Of a stretch of DNA of 64,000 bases, positions 26,401 through 39,871 are shown piece after piece. Each line of letters starts with the position of its first letter. The first letter of the stretch is position 1. Position numbers and translations under genes: made by a program. Where the stretch lies: positions 4,030,001-4,094,000 of the forward strand of contig JBLDXI010000003.1 of the NCBI GenBank assembly GCA_047495785.1, written 5' to 3'. Under the pieces are notes generated by a model. It was not told the DNA's origin. It did no database searches and saw only the letters and a program-made list of their open reading frames with translations. Source of the DNA: Lepidodermella squamata (Eukaryota > Animalia > Gastrotricha).

Positions 26401-29400
26401 ATGCTTGAAGGGCATCCTGAAATCCTTCAATTATAGAGCAGATAGGAAAGCAGTTGCACATCTTTGGAAATTTTTACAGCTTGAATCTTAATTCGAATAA
26501 CGAGAAACAAATTGCATAAGCAAACGGCGCTATTTGTGATTTTTACATTACATTATCTTCATTCCGTTCGTCAAATTCACAGCATTTTTTCTTATACTAG
26601 CAGAACCGAAAGGACGACGGTATGAATAAAATGCACTCCCGTGGATCAGCCATGGTTGGATCAGATTTTAGCTATGATTTTAACGAGTAGTAATCTTAAT
26701 CGTAGTGCCCTTCAATCTTTAAATAAATCCTGTTTCAGATCAGAAGATAACTGTGCATGATAACTGTAGAGGTCCGGCGAGGAATGATTTCCTAATCGAG
26801 ACTTGATGGCGACATTTTCTCCTTTAAGCGACTGTACCTACATGATGTTATGAATGATACATAGTTTGTAGACGCAGAATGCTGATCCCTGTCCCGCGAC
26901 AATCTGGGTTTTAAGGGCAGCTGAAGTCGCGCAGTTCCGAAAAGCAACCAAGGCGTCGAGTTGACTCTCCGCGTCCGCTTTCGCGAACTCGGCAGAGAAG
27001 GCTAGGAAACCCGAACGCGTTGCGCAGTGTATTTTACCAGGTCGTTTACCAGATACCTGATAATTTGCAGATAATTTGCAGATAAATCAGAAATCACCTC
27101 ATAAATCTTTCTGCCAAATGTCATGATTTCCCGAAATTGGGGCTGATTTTAAATATCCCCGAAAAAGGTGCGCTGTTCTGCTCGGTTCTGCAAAATCTGT
27201 CGCAAGATGAAGGAAATAGCAGGAACGGTTTAATTTCCAATTAAAGACTGAAAGGTAATTATTCTTCTTAGTTTTCCGAGACCTTCACAAATTACATTAC
27301 TATTCACACAGTCTGTTAGATTAGTAATTATTTGCTCTTGAAAAAGAATGTCATTTGGACGATCCCAACCTCGCCAATGTCATCTGACCTAAGAAATACC
27401 CAGATAAGCAAGGATCAAGGCTGAATTTAGAGTGAAACGTACTCGCTCCGAAATCTAGAGATGCCGGTCGCATACGGGCCGGCCCGAAGCCCGAACGCGT
27501 ACGGGCCGAAAGCGGGCTCGGGCCCCAACAACATACAGGCCCAGCTCGCGGAAAACATGCCTCCAGCGTCGAAGCAGCATCGACCGTTATTCATTTCCCG
27601 TAGCCTCCGTAGTACTGTTGTTGTGCAGGACCGCGGAATCCAGCCGCGCTGAAAGGGTCACCGTAGTGCTGTACAGGGGCCACGTCCCGACTGGGCCGAA
27701 CTAAGTCACCTTTGAAGTTTACAAAGATGGTGACATCTGGTCCAATTCCAGCCTGTCTTCATTGAAATATAAATCGTGATAACCAAAGGCACATTAGCCG
27801 TCGTTACGTATGGTTTGTATCGCCCAAGCAGGACTCATATCGGTAATACGTGTTGTCGCGGCAAAGGCCCACTTCGGTCGAACGCCTATTAGAGCTTCTA
27901 CTTAACACTTCTCCCACGCCCAATTACGATGGGAAGTTTGACTGCCGACAAACTTTCTGTTGGTGTCGCCGTCACAAATCTAGCTTTCGACAGTTCATCT
28001 AGTAGATGCAAATAAATATAAAACAAACGCCAAGTCTTTTCGTCGTTAAATGGCGTATCGGCTTTTCTTTTGAACGTTGTAGAACAAGGTCGAGGAAATT
28101 CAGAACTTGACAGAAGTTCATGGTCACGTCAGAAGCACCAGAGCTTAGAATTATCAGGGATCAGGGAAATAGGGACCCAATCTTGTCGTATAAAATGAAA
28201 GTCGAGATTTTTTCTTTTGAATCTCGATACGGCAAAGGGAAATGAACTTGCGGAGACTATAATAAATAACTTAGCAAACCCAACAGCAATACAAAATTAG
28301 TTGATTACTTCTCCATGAAGCTTGCCATAGCTAGGCCAGAATTTTGCACCATCCATTTGATAAGGAGGTTTACGCCATGGCGCCCCCAAAAAAGTTGAGC
28401 GTAGGAAAAATTCGACCCCTTGTCGGTGGTCGCAATACTGAAGCCTATTAAATGGAGGAAAATATAGTTAGCATTGAGACGGAAATAAACATGAATCTCC
28501 TGCCGAGCTTGTTTCGAGGCTTTTTTGCCAGCTTGTCCATGATGACTTTTTCACCTCTTCACATTTGTCGCTGAGGATGGAAAATGTTCAAAATCCAGCG
28601 TGGTTGAAGTCGGTTTCAATTTTTTAATATTATTCGGCGAAATGTGAGCAAATTGGCCTGTGATGGTGTTAAATTTTTGCTATGAAATGAAACAAATAAT
28701 TTCAACCATTGTAAGCACCAATAAGAATTAAACCAGAAGCACCAGAGCTTAGAATTATCAGGGAAATACCGGATATGCCGAATTATTATCCCATGCTCAA
28801 TTTAATTCCCCAGCCTGTTTAAGCCCCCAGTTTCCAGGTCGTTTGAAACAATAGGAACCCACGCCTACACTTGCAGCCCGCGACACAAATTTAAACGCCG
28901 CCCAAGAATATTTTGCATTAATTTTCAATTGCGTAACCCGTAACTGGTCACGAGATCGTTTCCGAATTTGAATTGCGAGAAAGAATTCATGTTTCGACGA
29001 ACTAAAACTTGAAACCTTTGCTCTGAAGGCGATGAAAATTAAAAAATCTTCCTGATCATCGAAGAAGACGCGAAAGAAAATGAAAAAAAAACGAAAACGA
29101 CTACGCCGATGAAATTTGGTTTTTGATGTCATGAACGTTCAATTTCTTTTTTATTCTATTTGTGCTAAGCACCTTCAATATTGCGTTGCAATAAATAGTA
29201 CCCCAGCTCATTTTTGGACCCCGGCCTGAATAACCCCCCAGTTGTTGTTGCTTTGAAACAATAAGATATCTCAGGATATTAATTCGGCATTTACGGTATG
29301 TCTTAATAGGCCAATTTGCTCGTTGCATAATTTGAATAAATAATTATTGAAGTATTCGATTATCTTATTATTGGAGTTCTGTTCTATAGCTGAGTACCTA

Positions 29401-30330
29401 CCTATATATTTGTTGTATTTTAGCCCTTTGGCGCCCCCAAGTCGAGTCAGAGACTTCGCCGATGCGATCCTGGCCTTCGCCTCTCAAATCTGCTCACTGT
29501 ATTCGACCATGCAACATACTGCTCTTTGCCGCGCTGTTACCAGTGTGCTGCGATTGGCCGCCGACCAACTCGCGGCTTGCAAAAGCTCCGAACGTTCTAA
29601 CGATGAAGTTCTAGCTTCATGTAAGTCGACATATTCACTTGATAATTTCGCTTCGGATATGCAATGAAAATTATTAATCAGTTTGTGAGGAAAGCCACCT
29701 TAATTTCGCTAAAAAGTTTCCTGAATTCGAAATATACAGTCGGGAATGAATTGAGAGGAAAAATTGGTAAGAAAAAATTCCTATTCAGTCCATTAACCAA
29801 TTTCATTTTGACAACCCTAAGTGTAGTAAGAATTTAGCGACTTACTTTCTGTTATTTTCAAGTAAAATGTCGCCAAACCCCGAGTATTTTCTCACTAAAA
29901 GAAAATCCAAAGTCACTGGAAAACTGGAAAACACGGAAAATTGAAAATTAACGGAATATTGCAATTGAATAATTTTAATTCTTCAATTCTTCGCGGTAAT
30001 TCCTTCATTTTCCTTTTTCTTCATTTTGCAGTTGCATTCTTATTTGGTCCGGTACTCGAGCGGATCATGCTGCAATTCCGGAAAGTTAGCAAGTTGGAAA
30101 CTCGCGATTTTGTCCAGCTTCACAAAGAATGCTACGCGGGCAACCCACCGCCGGTTCAGTCACCCGCGAGTCTCACTTCGACCCCGAAAAGTCCGAAGCC
30201 GAGCTCGAGACATCGAACTCCGATCGCTGAGGAACCTTCGCCCGCAACGAGGCCGCCAACTAGCGGCAGTAGCAGCCGATCAGCGAACCGGCCGCCGACG
30301 CCTAAACGGAACGGAAATGAGTTCGTGTGA
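23480..30330 (+). CDS. EXOC8: Exocyst complex component 8 (Exo84), 5 coding exons
   Basis: Exons 23480-24797, 25353-25613, 25683-25968, 29424-29620 and 30032-30330 are phase-compatible. PH domain PGRGLVFDGQLTELD..IHMYLLTDC and the EXOC8-like PEWLQEALDELDVYVAER..E.AV; also GLDL in exon 3. Confidence 0.85.
28130..28764. repeat. 31-bp direct repeat pair within EXOC8 intron 3
   Basis: cagaagcaccagagcttagaattatcaggga occurs at 28130-28160 and 28734-28764. Confidence 0.8.
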
Positions 30331-33300
30331 ACTCGACAATTAACAGCAACTGCTGCGCTGCGTTTAACAATATAATTTAAATTCCCTGCTGCTCGCTCGA
30401 CTAGTCAAGTAGTCGCTTTTAATTCATCTATGTATGTGGTGCAATGTTTTCTACGCCAAAATGACAGTAATAAAAATCGATTGATTTTATTCGCACTCGA
30501 AAAGGCCAAGTCGTTGCGCAACCGCCGGTGCGCCTTTGAAGTTTTAAGGAGGCGTTTACAACTGGGTGTGACTTGATTATTATTATTATGATTACTCGAG
30601 CACTTCGGCTCAAGAAGAATTACGCTGGACAGCTGTTGGTGGTGCCCGGGTGCTGTAACTCGCGAAATTTGATTTACTTTTCAAGGTCGAGGTCAGGCGC
30701 CGATGCCTTAAATGACGTGATAATAATAATAAAAATAGAGTACTGCTACTGATGACGATGATGCCGAGTGATGTCGATCGGCCGGGGAAGAGACAGTAGC
30801 AGCAGCAGAGCACGAGTTCGCGCTTCCTCAGGCCGCGGACATGTGTAATTAACGACGTGGTACGCGGCCGATGTCGCTTGAATCCACACTCGAGCTCCTC
30901 CTTATCCGCCTTAATTTGGTTATAAAATTTGGTTGTGAGGCACACGACGACGCGGCTATCTGTTGCGTCTCATAGCCACTAGGAGGAGTGGCTCGCCGCG
31001 TATTATAGACGGCGGCATCGTTGCCTGTAGATAAAATAATTATTCGCGCACTACTTGGATAACGTCGTCGTCGCGCAGCATCGATGATTGCGACACGGGC
31101 GGGACACACGCGCGCGTCGGTAAACCCTCGATGCTCCTGTGCAAGCCGCCGCGCCCGTGAACGCAGCACCACGCGTCTCATCGTGCTTATGAATGAATGA
31201 ATTATTTCCTCGTTATAGGCCTGGTGCTCTTTTTAATTCTTAATTTATTTATTCTATTATCATGATTATTTACATCACCCAGAGCCAGAGCGTCGCATCA
31301 GCTGCGGGAATAATTTTGTGCCCATTAACGCGTTTTCTACGTCGTTTAACATGTTTACGGCCGAAACGCTCAAATCGGCGAACGTATCTGGCCTCGAATT
31401 TTTCGCCTGTCATTAAGCCTGTTATTTAGCGCGTCATCGCCATTAGCTGATCCACCCGGTCGTCTCTCGGGCGACGGCAACTCTGTTAGAAATACTTCCG
31501 GCCTCGTGTGTTATTTTTGACGTTGTTGTTGACTCGTGATTTGTTGCGCACATATCAACTACTCGTCAAAAATCGACTACTCGCCTCGCTTCATTATTTA
31601 AACATTTCGATTTTTGACCCACGCGCGCCTCTTGTTATTGTTGTTAGTATTAGTATTGTCAGTCATTGTTGTCGTTGTTGTTCTTTGCGCCGGGCGGACA
31701 CAAAACGATAAATCGGCGCAACAAAAAGCGCGCATCCGGCCTTGGTTTTAGTTTTAGATGCTCTTTGCTGTTACTGCATATTTGTCGCCATCATTCAATT
31801 ACACTTCATGTCAATCTAGTTGGCTGTGAGATGACAGGGCGGATGGCCGTTGTTTACTATTGTGTTCTAGCCACATTATTTTACGACTTGGCTTCTTCGC
31901 AAATGCGCCCAACAAAACGCTTCCGAGTCACTACTACAGAGATTTTCGATTATTTATACGACGGCATCATCAGGTGCCCGTGCGCTGCTTTTCTCAACTC
32001 GGTTGTCCACAAAAAAAATTGGGTCTCGCAAACTTTTCCCGGCGGCGGGTTGTGTTATTTGCGCAGATGTCGGTCATGATTTTTGCCGGACTCGGGTAGG
32101 TCGCGGTGCCTGGTCAAAGTGAGCAAGCACCTGTTTACCTGATGCGAGGGAGATGCGCGCGCCAGATAGCAAGCGGTTTCGCTTTCGCTTCAAGAGGCCG
32201 GTCAACTACAAAACAAACAGCTCGCTGACCCCACTCGACGCCTGGAAAGTATTTGTAAGTGACTGCGTATTTAGTAGCTCTAGTATAGTAGCTGCTTGCT
32301 TAGGGAAAGGCCGGCACAATTTGCTAACCTTATCGCCCTCTCTTTTTTACATCACTCATCGACTGGCGCTCTCTCAGACACAAAACCGCCGCGCTTAATT
32401 AACCGATCACGTCCAGGGCGGCTCGCGACCGTTTGAAACGCCCGCCGTTACTGTTTTTGACAAGTCACTCGCTGATAATAACATAGGTTTTAGCCGGTTA
32501 TTTACTACTACAACGTGCATAGGTAATACACAGCGCCATGTGCATTAAAACGCAGGAGAGTCTATTAAGACCTACGCGCTAGCGTAACAGATAAGCAAGC
32601 CCGGTTTATCGGTTTAGTCGATCAACGGTGGGATGAGATGATTAAGAGTAAGATCATTATAATCACCCTTTATTTTCATTATCCAAATGTTCGCTGTTGG
32701 TATATGATGGTGTTGTTCTTGCAATATTATTTGGCTTTGGTCATTATTATGCCATTTACATCCTGTGTACAACCAACGTATGGTGGCTCGTCTGCCAGCC
32801 AATAATCAAGCCTAGAAAATCACCTATTATTTATTATCGCGGCCGCAAATGAACACCCATTCGCATTCCGATGGGGCCTCTTGAATACAATAATACAATA
32901 ATATCCACCTTAATACATAGCCTGCAACACCACGCCTTTATTTTGTTAAGATTGTAGCGTGTGATTCCTTGGCTAGAAATCTCGCCTCGGACAAATAGCT
33001 ATTCATCCTCTTTATCCGCACCAGTGGCAATTGTGCGCGATTCGCAGACATCAGGCGCGTGTTCGCCCAGGTAAATCGGCGATTAGCGTCGAGCGGGGTC
33101 AGCAGGCGCTGGTTTTATTAGTCCTCCATCTTACGCACACCTAGAATCTCATCTTAATTTGCGTCAAAATTGTGTTGCGTAATATTCCCGAATTATAAAC
33201 AGGATACGTAGGAATTTTGCTATTTATCTTACACCAGGCGAGTTCATATTTTCTCGCCGCCGTCACTCGATGATCGACGGGCTAGAAGCATCACAAGGGT

Positions 33301-35613
33301 CGCCTTTTAATAGCCTTTAATGGACGACTAACGTGTCGTAAATGTTATTTAGTTTACGCAAGTCTGTGTTTCTGTTATTTCACAGCAGTAGCAACTTCGC
33401 ACTGCTGCTAACATCGTTTTGTTATGGTTATCACTGCAAAAGTTTACCTTCTTCTTCTTCATCTTCGTCGTCGTCTTCGTCGAAGTGCGTTATGTCAATA
33501 TAATATTTCTCTATTTAGCTTTATGCATCGCGCCATTCCGTCCCAGCATGCGCGTTGTTGTTTGCAGGCTCCGCCACTCGCCGGGCCTCGCACTCGATAA
33601 TTAATTAGTTGACGCAGCAGATGAGGTGACGACGCCCGTCTTTAGGGCCTTCCTCGTCTTGCCTCATCATCATCATCATCATCGCCGCCACTGAATTCTG
33701 GATTCAACACGCGCACCACCTTAAAATAACTCACCTGCCCGATCGATCGATTGAAACGCGTGTACACACAGTGCGGCAGTGTCTTTCTAATACTCTCACG
33801 GACGCCTTAACAATAATTACTGTAAATCGTATTGCACTGACTTCACTCGAAACGAGACACGCCACTAATTGCCCTGCGGACGCCAAAACAGCGCCATCCG
33901 TTGCTCGAGCGTCAACTGGATTAGCCGCGTTTCACTCAGCTGAAAAATCACGACTAACGCCTGGCGAATTTATTGTCGATTATTAGGACATCTTTTAAGA
34001 TTGGCATGAGCAACATCTCGAGACTGCTCACCTGTGAAAAGTTTCTGTATTATCACAGCCAGGTGCCTTCGCTCTAATTATTTTATATTCACTCCTCGTC
34101 TTACAACCCATCAACCGCCTGTGGTGCGAGTTGCCCGCCATAACACATGTCGAGGCTACTCGACAACGTCACTCACATGCCCGCTTACGAAACGGGGTTG
34201 TTTTACACACCGACCCGGCGACTGCTCCGTTCGCTGTTTCGTTATTTGTTCGCGCCCGTCGCCAGGCGACAGATTTGCATCGCAATAGATACGCGACGAG
34301 GTAAACGCGCGATAGATAATCCTTAGGGAGGACATGCATGCGTCAGATGCCACTCCGGAACTTCGATAATCCTCCCGGTTCCGATGTCAATCGACTCGAG
34401 AGGCTGAAGCATGGTGCCCGGCATCCGGTCATATAACATTATATAAATAAGCCTTGTCGTGCGGCGTTTATATGCGAACCATTTTTCTCAGCAGTCGCGA
34501 AAAAGCTGCGCTACAAGTTATCGCAACGCGACTTGTAGGCGTGCTCAAGTAGCTTGCTGTCAACACTTGTCGTCGTGTTTTGACCACGACTTTTCGCGAG
34601 TGGCGCACCCGTCTTATTGTCTTCTTTTCGTTTTGTTATTTATATTATTATCTGATCGGTCACGATGCGCCATTACTTATTAGAACGGTCTTACCTGGTG
34701 GTGGTGGTGTTAAGTACGTAATATTATAGCGACTTGCTGATGCCTGACCAAAATAGATAGTAGGCGCGTTGTTCGGCGTTGCTGCCACCATTGTCGTCGT
34801 CGGCGGCGGCGTCGTTCGCTGTCTCTTTTGTCGTTCTGTGTCTTTGAGGCGGCGGCGCGATGCACATCACGAGCGACGCCGATATATTGCCCATTACTTA
34901 TTGTTATATGGCGCACGACGACGTCGCGCGTTTCACCTGCAAAGTAGGTAGCATTAGTTGTAGTAGTAGCAGGTTGCTGGCTCAGGATGTCGGCTCTTGC
35001 GACTACTTTACAGCCTAGTTCTTTATAGTAGTAGTAGTCGTAGTAATATGTGTTGGCGAATTTGTAGACACTTTGCTCGGCTTTCAAGCACCACTCAGCA
35101 TAGTTGTTAGGCTCGCTGAAACAACACGAACAGCGCGCCAAAACACGCGAGGAAGTATTTCAGCGGCACATCAGCCGTGTTTGCCTACCTGTTATTGTAA
35201 TAATCACACTAGGAAGGGGCGCCGCGGCTCGGAACGTGGCCGGCTTGGCAACACGGTGGTAGTGTAGGTATGGTGGTGGGTCAACTCAACCCCTGCTGCT
35301 ACTGCTACTGAATTCCCCGAACGTGATAATCCTCCAAGACAACTAGCCAGTATCCCGTTTCGCAACGACTCGCGCATTATCATCAATTACAGCTAGGCTT
35401 AATGCTAATTCCCGCACGCGCCCCATCGAATTGCCACGTTTTGACCCGTGAAAACTGCGCCTATAGAATTTATTTTGTTTATCCTCACTCTCATGTTCTG
35501 CTTCATAGAGCAATTTATCCAAATTGAGTTTTATCTCGCGAGACATGAAATTCTGCTAATCTTTTATCGACGACATTCTCAATCATCGCCGTACGAAAAC
35601 AACAACAACAACG

Positions 35614-38600
35614 ATGCTCAACAGCGCCAGCTCGCTGAGCGTCGACCAGCTCATGCAAAATCAGACGAAACGTGAAGGCACCGTTCTCAAACTCGAATGC
35701 GAAATCACCGGCAATCCCAAGCCCATTTACAAGTAAGAATTTTTAACAATTTCATGGTATTTTATTTAATTTTTTGATCATTTTTTTAGTTGGTTCAAAG
35801 ACGATGAACTCATCGCGAGTGCGAATCAGGTCAAGCATGAAAATTACACGCACCGGCTCAAATTGCAGGACGTGCCGTTCGGCGGCAAACTGCGCCTTGA
35901 ACCCATTTTGAACACGGACGCTGGTTGGTACCGATGCGTAGCCGAAAATTCCAACGGCGCACGCGAAACTTCGGCCTACGTCGAAGTCAACCCAGACGCG
36001 TTATTTCGTGAAAGATGTTAGTTTCGCACACTTGGAATTGTACTTTGATTTTGCTCTGATTTTCGATTTTAGACCACCAGAAGCAACTGCGTGAGAAAAC
36101 AAACCCAGGGTCGAAAAATTCCGTCGCCAGCATGTCGTCCCGCATCAAGTCGAGCGCCGCTCAGAAGCACGCAATGCCGTCGTCGATTATTGACGAGAGC
36201 GTGTCTGAGATGATCTCGAGTTTCGGCGCCGGCCACCCGCCAGCCGCCTCGCCCTCCCGCCTCGGCGACGGTATTTTCTACTCGTCACACAACCGCGACG
36301 ACGCCGCCCAACCAGCTGACGCCCTCACAACGTCCCAACTCGGCAAATGCGAGCCTTACACTGGCTCGATTTGCAAAGACACGCTGCACGGCCGAAATGG
36401 CGCTCACGTTTTCGTGTCATCTCGAACATCGCAAGAGCAGATCGAGCGAATGTTGGAGGCAATTATTACCGAAATTAACTCGCAACCGGGCGCTGTCGGC
36501 CAGGACTGTTCGCCCTACATCGCGCCCATGCTCTGCTACCACCACTTACCGCCGTGTGCCGATCAACACGAAAAGCTGCCAGCTAGCGACCAGAACCAGG
36601 TCGAACTGCGGTTTCAACGCCAAATTCGGCCCGAAACTCGCTACTTGCCTCTCGAGATTTGCCAGGAAGATTGCATCGCAGTTCAAACTCGCCACTGCCG
36701 CGCTGAATATTCGAAAATGTGGTCGCAACAGCAGCCAGCTGCTGATCAGTTCAACCGCGGCCAACGGTCTTCGATGATGTTGATCGGCGACCGGCCGCTT
36801 GTTCCGGATTGCTCCATCCTAAGACGTAGCAACCAGCCGAAAACCGGCGAAGACTACGTTGGCTGCGTGAAATTTCGCGACGATGAACCAGCTAAGCCAT
36901 CAGCGGGAATTGAGCTAGACTCGACAGCGACTTCACGGCTTGTCCACCTAGGCCATGAGGAGCAGGGTGACTGCTACGCTGGCAGCGGGTTCGGATATCG
37001 CGGCAAGGCGAGGCGGACGAAGAGTGGGAAAAACTGCGCGAGTTGGGCCTCGACCGAGTACGCGCAGCTTGTCGGCGAAGATGGCCAGCATAATTATTGC
37101 CGCAACCCAGCCGGCGATCTGCCAGCGCCGTGGTGCTACACATCGGCGCCATTCCAGCGTGAACTCTGCGACATTCCGAAATGCAACAGCCGTTCTAACG
37201 AACTGGCGACTCGTCTCCTTGGCCCTAGCCCGCCGCTTCACGTTCAGCCGCCGTCGCTGTCACACAACACGCCCGTCGTGCAGTCGACGCCGCTTACCTT
37301 TGCCAGTTTGCCTGTTTTCTTGCCGATTGTTGCCGTGCCCATTCTTGTTTGCCTCATCGTTCTTCTGCTGCTTTGCCTGTGCCGAAATCGCCTCGTTAAA
37401 CGATGCCGCCGGTCAGGTCGTTGTCGAAGCAATAGCAACGGCAGTGGTGGGAAAATGGCCCCGACCGAACAGGAACGATCAACCAGCAGCAGCCACTATT
37501 ACGCTGGTGGATTTAGGGTGAGTAAAATTTTTTTAAATTTTTGGAATATTATTTATTTTATTTTTTAATTTTTTCTTAAATACCTAAATCATTTACTAAA
37601 AATTTTTTTTATTATTTTAAAATTTTAAGGAGGATTTTTTTTTTAATTTTAATTTTAAAATCTTTTTAATCTATTACCATATTGATCAATATTTTTTTAT
37701 TTTAGTCGAGTGCGTCTCCTGGAGCTGGACTTTTTCATCAGCACAGCAATTTTATGCTGTACGGCCAGTCTCATTGCGGCTCAGTGCCCAACGCCGTTCA
37801 CCCAAGCCAGGTCGACCCGGGTTACCTCGCGAAACCTCACCAAAGCATTCAAATGCCGACGTACCCGCTTGCCGCTCTTCGTTTCTTCGAGCAAATCAGC
37901 GATTCGCCTAGTGCTAGGGTGTTCCGCGGTGAGATAACCGCCGCGTTCTGCGAATCCGGCATGCCATCACCCGTCGTCGTGAAAATGCTGCGAAACTCCG
38001 AGCAAAGCGCGGCGTCGTTCAATCAAGAAGTCGAAATGCTAGCCGGTCTGCAGCACCCTAACATCGCGCACCTAGTCGGCGTCTGCTTCGGCCCGCGGCC
38101 TTGGTGTTTGCTATTCGAATGCCTATCATCCGATTCACTCCGCCAGTTCCTCGTCAACAGCATTCGACTGCCGTACGGCGACGATCAGGAGTTGATGTAC
38201 GACGAGGCTGGCTCGCCATTCCTTACCCAGAAGAACAATCAATTAGGCTCGTCGTCCCTTGAACACTCTGATTTGATTTACATCGCTATTCAAATCGCCG
38301 CTGCCCTGGAGCATATGGCCGGCTCGCAGCAGCAACTTGTTCACCGCGAGTTGAGCTCGCATACAGTTCACGTTGGCGATCATCTTCTCGTTAAAATTCT
38401 ACCATTCTCCGCCAGCCGGTCTGGCTCGGTCGGCTCGGCTGTTCTACCGCCATCGGTTATTCAGGGCGGCGGTAGTGGTCCGATTGCTAGCCGCGGTCGA
38501 CTGTCATCCCTCTCGTCAAACGCGACTGTCTTACCTGATTCCGCCAACAGCTCGCCCGCAATTTCGCCCCACAGCGGCCGCGTTGCCTGGCTGGCACCCG

Positions 38601-39523
38601 AGACCATCCTATACGGCCGGCAATCAGCTGAATCTGACGTTTGGTCATTCGGAATTATTCTATGGGAACTTTTCTCATTCGGCTGCGAACCGTACTCGAA
38701 GGCCTCGCAAATGCCTGGCGTTGACGATCGCCGTATTGCCGAGTTGATCTTAGGCCGTAGTTTACTACAACGCCCGACCGCCGCGTCTGGGTTGATCTCC
38801 GAAAACTCCCCCGACTGCCCGCCGTTTGTCTACGAGCTAATGCTGGAATGTTGGGACGAGATTCCATCGCGACGCCCTACCTTCGCCGATATCCACGCCA
38901 GGCTGTTGCAGTGGCGGTCTGAAGGTCTGTTCAAGCTTCGCCCGGCGTCATCAGCCGCCATCCCGGGCATGGGGTTCGAATCAGCCTTCCCGTTGCCGCC
39001 GATTCCTCGCATCTGCTCATCATCCGGCTCGTCGCAGAACAACCAGGGCGATGCGGCCTCAGCGTCGACCCATCACACAATCACGTCGCAGGACAGTAGC
39101 GAAAACGGCATGAATCACCATCGATCAGCCGCGCCGCCTGTCCCGCCGCCGCATAGCTACGAGTTCGAATCGACGTTCACGAGCGAAAACGGCGGCGTCT
39201 ACTGCGGCGAGTCGTTGAGTAAGGACACGATGTTGGAGGCGCATTTAGCCGACGAAAGCGACAACTTGTTGATGAGCCATCCGCAGCACAAGCAGATTCG
39301 CCGCCCGTCGGCCAACGCGTCGCCTCTACTACCGCCTCGGCAAATCCACCCGCAGCCGCTCGGATCGTTTTCGACAACGTTCGGCGGCCAGTTCTACGCG
39401 AGCAACAACGGCAGTACCGGCAAACGTCGGCTCGTTGTTATGGCGTCGGAAACATCAGGTGAACAGCAGCAGCAGCAGGTTGCGACGGTCACTGCTCGGG
39501 CTGGACAAACAACCGCCATGTAA
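35614..39523 (+). CDS. Ror: ROR-family receptor tyrosine (pseudo)kinase: Ig - Frizzled CRD - kringle - TM - degenerate kinase - Ser/Pro-rich tail; 5' end unresolved
   Basis: Exons 35614-35732, 35790-36016, 36073-37517 and 37706-39523. Ig: LECEITGNPKP.YNWFK...DAGWYRCVAEN. CRD: CEPYTGSIC...LCYHHLPPC...ICQEDC. Kringle: CYAGSGFGYRG...HNYCRNP...PWCY...CDIPKC. TM: VFLPIVAVPILVCLIVLLLLCLC. Kinase C-lobe: WLAPE..SDVWSFGIILWELFSFG. Confidence 0.88.
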
Positions 39524-39871
39524 TTATTATTGCTCACCTGCCTGCCTGAAGCCAATTCCTTACAACAACTTGGTGCAGATTTTCATATGCGCGTGTAGAT
39601 ATTATTAACAAAAATTAAATGAGTGCTCATTTCTTGTTGCTTTTTCGTTACATTTTTTTTGTTAATATTATCAACTGAAATTTTATTGTAAATTCACGAT
39701 AACTATTATTGATGCTTGTTCGGGATAATGCCAAACGTAATGACGGAAGAGAAATAATTTTGAATAAAATGCGACAAATCATTGAATATTTATGCGTGTT
39801 TTTACTACGGAGTTTGGGAACGTTGTTTCCGAGCTGCAGGCGAGAATGGGCGCTAAATACCTAATTCATAA

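Noticed and set aside
35545-35560. Stop-codon reassignment (TAA read as sense) to extend Ror
   Set aside because: TAA terminates SF3B5, RINT1, Ror and the SET genes at the expected positions, so the standard code applies.
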